A stretch of DNA of 64,000 nucleotides, taken from positions 13,906 to 77,905 of the forward strand of contig CAWGFA010000026.1 of assembly GCA_963821725.1 (NCBI GenBank), in the 5' to 3' direction. Positions 60,865 to 64,000 of the stretch are shown here, in pieces. The notes below the pieces were generated by a model. The model had not been told where the DNA came from. It searched no databases and worked only from the letters and a program-made list of their open reading frames with translations. How positions within the stretch are numbered: the stretch's first letter is position 1; each line of letters starts with the position of its first letter. The stretch comes from an uncultured Acidimicrobiia bacterium (GTDB lineage: Bacteria > Actinomycetota > Acidimicrobiia > Acidimicrobiales > JACDCH01). Position numbers and translations under genes: made by a program.

Positions 60865-62216
60865 GTGCCGGTCTTTGCTGCCGTCGACCTCGGCGCGTCG
60901 GGAGGCCGCGTCATGCGCGGCACCATCGACGGCGAACGCATCGCACTCGAAGATGTCCATCGCTTCGCCAACGGCGTCGCCGATGTCGACGGGCACCTTC
61001 GGTGGGACTTCACGAGATTGCATCGTGAAGTTCTCGCCGGGCTCGAGCGCATCCCCGAGGCAGCGTCGGTCGGCGTCGACACCTGGGGTGTCGACTATGG
61101 ACTCCTCGACGCCAACGGCGAACTGGTCGCCGAACCCATCGCCTATCGCGACGAGCGCACCTCGAAGGTGATCGACGACGTGCACGGTCTCGTCGGACGC
61201 CGACGCGCTCTACACGACGACAGGCATCCAGTTCCTGCCGTTCAACACCATCTATCAACTCGCGGCCGAGCAGCAGCGGCCCGCGCTGGGAACGCGCGCG
61301 ACACGCGGTGCTGTTGCCCGACCTGATCGCCTATCGGCTCACGGGCGAGTTGCGCACCGAGCTCACGAACGCATCGACCACGGGGTTGCTCGACGCGCGT
61401 ACTCACGAGTGGTCGTCGGCCCTGTTCGACCGCCTCGCCCTGCCGCGTGACCTGTTTCCCGCGCTGCAGAGCCCCGGTGAGGTCCGCGGCACGACCGCGA
61501 GCGGGATCCCTGTCGTCACGGTCGGTTCGCACGACACCGCGTCCGCGGTCGTGGGCGTGCCGGCGACGACCGAACGCTTCGCCTACATCGCCAGCGGTAC
61601 CTGGTCACTGGTCGGCGTCGAGCTGGACGCGCCGTTGCTCTGCGACGCGGCACGCGACGCGAACTTCACCAACGAGCTCGGCGTCGACGGCCGCACCCGA
61701 TTCCTGCGCAACGTCGGAGGAATGTGGCTGCTGCAGGAATGCGTGCGGGCGTGGCAACGAGACGACCTCTCCGCGCTGCTCGACGCGGCGGCCGAGTTGG
61801 ACACCGGCGGGCCGCGCATCGACGTCGACGATCCCTGCTTCATCGCCCCGGGACAGATGCCGGAACGCATCACGGATGCCGCGGGTCGCACGTCGATGAC
61901 GCCCGTCCAGACCACACGCTGCATCGTCGACTCGCTCGCCGAGGCCTATGCCCGGACCGTGCGCCAGGCGGTGGACCTGTCCGGCCGCGATGTCGACGTG
62001 ATCCATCTCGTCGGCGGCGGATCGCAGAACGAGTTGCTGTGCCAACTCACCGCCGACGCGGCCGGGCTGCCGGTGCTCGCCGGTCCGGTCGAGGCGACCG
62101 CGCTCGGCAACGTGCTCGTACAGGCGCGCACCCAGGGCGTCGTGCCGAGTTCGCTCGAGGCGATCCGCGCGCTGCTCGCCGCTGCGATCCGACCACGGAG
62201 GTACCGACCATCGTGA
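60865..62216 (+). CDS. rhaB: Rhamnulokinase (FGGY family); frame breaks near 61199 and 61283
   Basis: ORF 60865..61326 (FAAVDLGASGGRVM...VDTWGVDYGLLD), a middle piece in another frame (ADALYTTTGIQFLPFNTIYQLAAEQ), then ORF 61308..62216 (LLPDLIAYRLTGE...NASTTGLLD...VGGGSQNELLCQLTADA). Confidence 0.8.
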
Positions 62217-64000
62217 ATCCGTCCGAGCACGAGTGGCAGGCGACATGGATCGAACCGAGCGAACCCGAGGACGGTCCCGACGCGCACCGTCCCGCGTATC
62301 ACCTCGTCGGCGAGTTCTCGGTCGACGATCCGGTGGCATCGGCCGCGTTGCTCGCGACCGCGCACGGCGTCTACGAGGTGTTCCTCAACGGCAGCCGCGT
62401 CGGCGACGACGAGCTGACTCCCGGGTTCACCGCGTATCGCAAGCGGATCCAGGTGCAGACGTTCGACGTGACCACCCTCGTCGTCCGAGGCGCCAACGCA
62501 CTCGGCGCGCTCCTGAGCGACGGATGGTGGCGCGGTCAACACGGCATCGTCCGCGCCATCGACGCGTACGGGACGACGACCGCGTTCCTTGCCGAGCTGC
62601 GCGTGACCCTGCGGTCGGGCGAGACGCTGGTGTTCGGAACCGACGGTTCCTGGCGGTCGACGCCGAGCCACGTCCTGGCCGCGGACCTGATCGCCGGCGA
62701 AGTCCACGATCTGCGTCGACTCGTGCCGGGATGGGCGGAGCCCGGCACCGACCGCTCGGCATGGGACACGGTGCACGCCGCCGACCACGGCCATGCGGAA
62801 CTGTGTGCGACGATCGGTCCGCCGGTTCGGCGCATCGAGGTGCTGCCCGCTGTGGCGGTCACCGAGATCGAGCCCGAACGCCATGTCGTCGACTTCGGTC
62901 AGAACAGCAACGGTTGGGTGCGCCTCACCGATCTCGGTTCCGAGGGAACGACCATCACGCTGACCTACGGCGAAGCGCTCGACCCGCGCACAGGCGACGT
63001 GACACAGGAGAACGTGAAGCACGCCGGTTTCGCCGCACCCCACGCCGTTCCGCTGCCGTTCCAAACAGACGTCGTCACGTCGGCGGGCGACGGGTCGGTG
63101 TTCGAGCCTCGACACAGCACGAAGGGCTTCCGATACGTACACGTCGAGGGGCATCCCGGGCCAATCGACCCGGCGTCGATCACCAGCGTCGTCGTACACA
63201 GCGATCTCCGCCGCATCGGCGACTTCGCGTGCTCGGACGAGCGCCTCAACCGTCTGCATCGAGACGCGGTGTGGAGCTTCCGCGGGAACGCCTGTGACAT
63301 CCCGACGGACTGCCCGACGCGTGAACGATCCGGGTGGGTCGGCGACTGGCAGCTCTACGTCGACACTGCGGCGTACCTGTACGACGTCTTCGACTTCTCC
63401 GCGAAATGGCTCCGAGATCTTGCCGCCGATCAACTGTCGAGTGGCGCGGTGACGAACATCGTCCCCGACCCGAGCCCTGACGCACCGATCTGGAAGCAGG
63501 GCCACGGCTCATCCGGGTGGGGTGATGCTGCCGTGCACGTCCCGTTCGAGCTGTACCGCGCCACCGGTCGCACCGACGTGCTGACCGAGCAGTTCGACTC
63601 GATGAAGCGCTGGGTCGACTTCGCCCGAGGACGCGCCGCGCTGGGCCGTCACCCATCTCGTGTCGAACGCAGTCCTGACCCAGTGCCGCACGAGCAGTAC
63701 CTGTGGGACAGCGGCTGGCACTTCGGCGAATGGCTCGAACCCGGCACCAACATGGACGACGTCTTCCGTGACCTCCTGGTGCAGGACCACGGCCCTGTCG
63801 CCACCGCGTACTTGTACCGATCGGCACGCGAGCTCGCCGCGATCGCCGATGTCCTTGGCCGAACGGAAGCGGCGCAGGAGTACGGCGAGCTCGCGGCCCA
63901 TGTGCGCGACGCGTGGCGCACGGAGTTCATCGACGAGAGCGGCCACGTCCATCCGGCCACGCAGGCGAACCTCGTTCGCGCGCTTGCGTTCGACCTCGTC
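62213..64000 (+). CDS. Alpha-L-rhamnosidase (GH78), N-terminal ~595 aa; continues past the right edge
   Basis: Not in the ORF track because it has no stop in the window. My own translation starts at the GTG at 62213 (GTGA overlap with the rhaB stop): VNPSEHEWQATWIEP...ATAHGVYEVFLNGSRVGDDELTPGFTAYRKRIQVQTFDV...DIPTDCPTRERSGWVGDWQLY...WDSGWHFGEWLEPG. It stays open and protein-like to 64000. Confidence 0.85.
   Translation, partial: MNPSEHEWQATWIEPSEPEDGPDAHRPAYHLVGEFSVDDPVASAALLATAHGVYEVFLNGSRVGDDELTPGFTAYRKRIQVQTFDVTTLVVRGANALGALLSDGWWRGQHGIVRAIDAYGTTTAFLAELRVTLRSGETLVFGTDGSWRSTPSHVLAADLIAGEVHDLRRLVPGWAEPGTDRSAWDTVHAADHGHAELCATIGPPVRRIEVLPAVAVTEIEPERHVVDFGQNSNGWVRLTDLGSEGTTITLTYGEALDPRTGDVTQENVKHAGFAAPHAVPLPFQTDVVTSAGDGSVFEPRHSTKGFRYVHVEGHPGPIDPASITSVVVHSDLRRIGDFACSDERLNRLHRDAVWSFRGNACDIPTDCPTRERSGWVGDWQLYVDTAAYLYDVFDFSAKWLRDLAADQLSSGAVTNIVPDPSPDAPIWKQGHGSSGWGDAAVHVPFELYRATGRTDVLTEQFDSMKRWVDFARGRAALGRHPSRVERSPDPVPHEQYLWDSGWHFGEWLEPGTNMDDVFRDLLVQDHGPVATAYLYRSARELAAIADVLGRTEAAQEYGELAAHVRDAWRTEFIDESGHVHPATQANLVRALAFDLV

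Overview
Very GC-rich, actinobacterial-type chromosomal DNA (G+C judged by eye, not computed). It is densely coding on both strands. I found no rRNA, tRNA, CRISPR array, transposase or integrase.

Gene content, left to right:
- a DUF4012 gene fragment, a LAXTG-anchored surface protein and a dienelactone hydrolase;
- a ~13 kb minus-strand gene chain (16375 down to 3453): ECF sigma factor, APH-like kinase, methyltransferase, MFS transporter, a ~1480-aa zinc-ribbon/Ser-Thr-kinase/STAND-ATPase/TPR/class III cyclase protein, and two tandem alpha/beta-hydrolase + glycosyltransferase modules. The chain is followed by a 230-bp array of four palindromic repeats and a cNMP-binding Crp/Fnr regulator;
- a GT-C-like membrane protein;
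- assorted redox, metal and housekeeping genes: MarR-GNAT, DUF1684, CDF, aldo-keto reductase, sulfite-oxidase-like enzyme, CoxL-like Mo enzyme, CPH-type P1B ATPase, class A PBP, serine hydrolases and a 1-Cys peroxiredoxin;
- a thiolase/DUF35/acyl-CoA synthetase/acyl-CoA dehydrogenase operon;
- an FAD oxidase/TPP enzyme/GH130 group;
- a Liv-type ABC transporter;
- a TetR/DUF6069/YciI/ECF42 sigma module;
- an L-rhamnose cluster (rhaI, aldolase-SDR fusion, rhaB, GH78 rhamnosidase running off the right edge).

A striking property of the sequence as given is roughly 45-55 reading-frame breaks. I inferred them by eye wherever protein-like sense jumps between overlapping ORFs; positions are good to about +/-15 nt. 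They cluster in multi-kb blocks that alternate with blocks containing none. I annotate broken genes across their full span. If the indels are real rather than assembly errors, those genes are pseudogenes.

Most interesting observations:
- the dyad-symmetric palindromic array at 3191-3420;
- the hydrolase/glycosyltransferase junctions, which lack a stop and a start at the same place and with the same +1 offset in both paralogues;
- the unusual kinase-STAND-cyclase architecture inside a translationally coupled supra-operon;
- a 49-nt palindromic element present twice, 31.3 kb apart.
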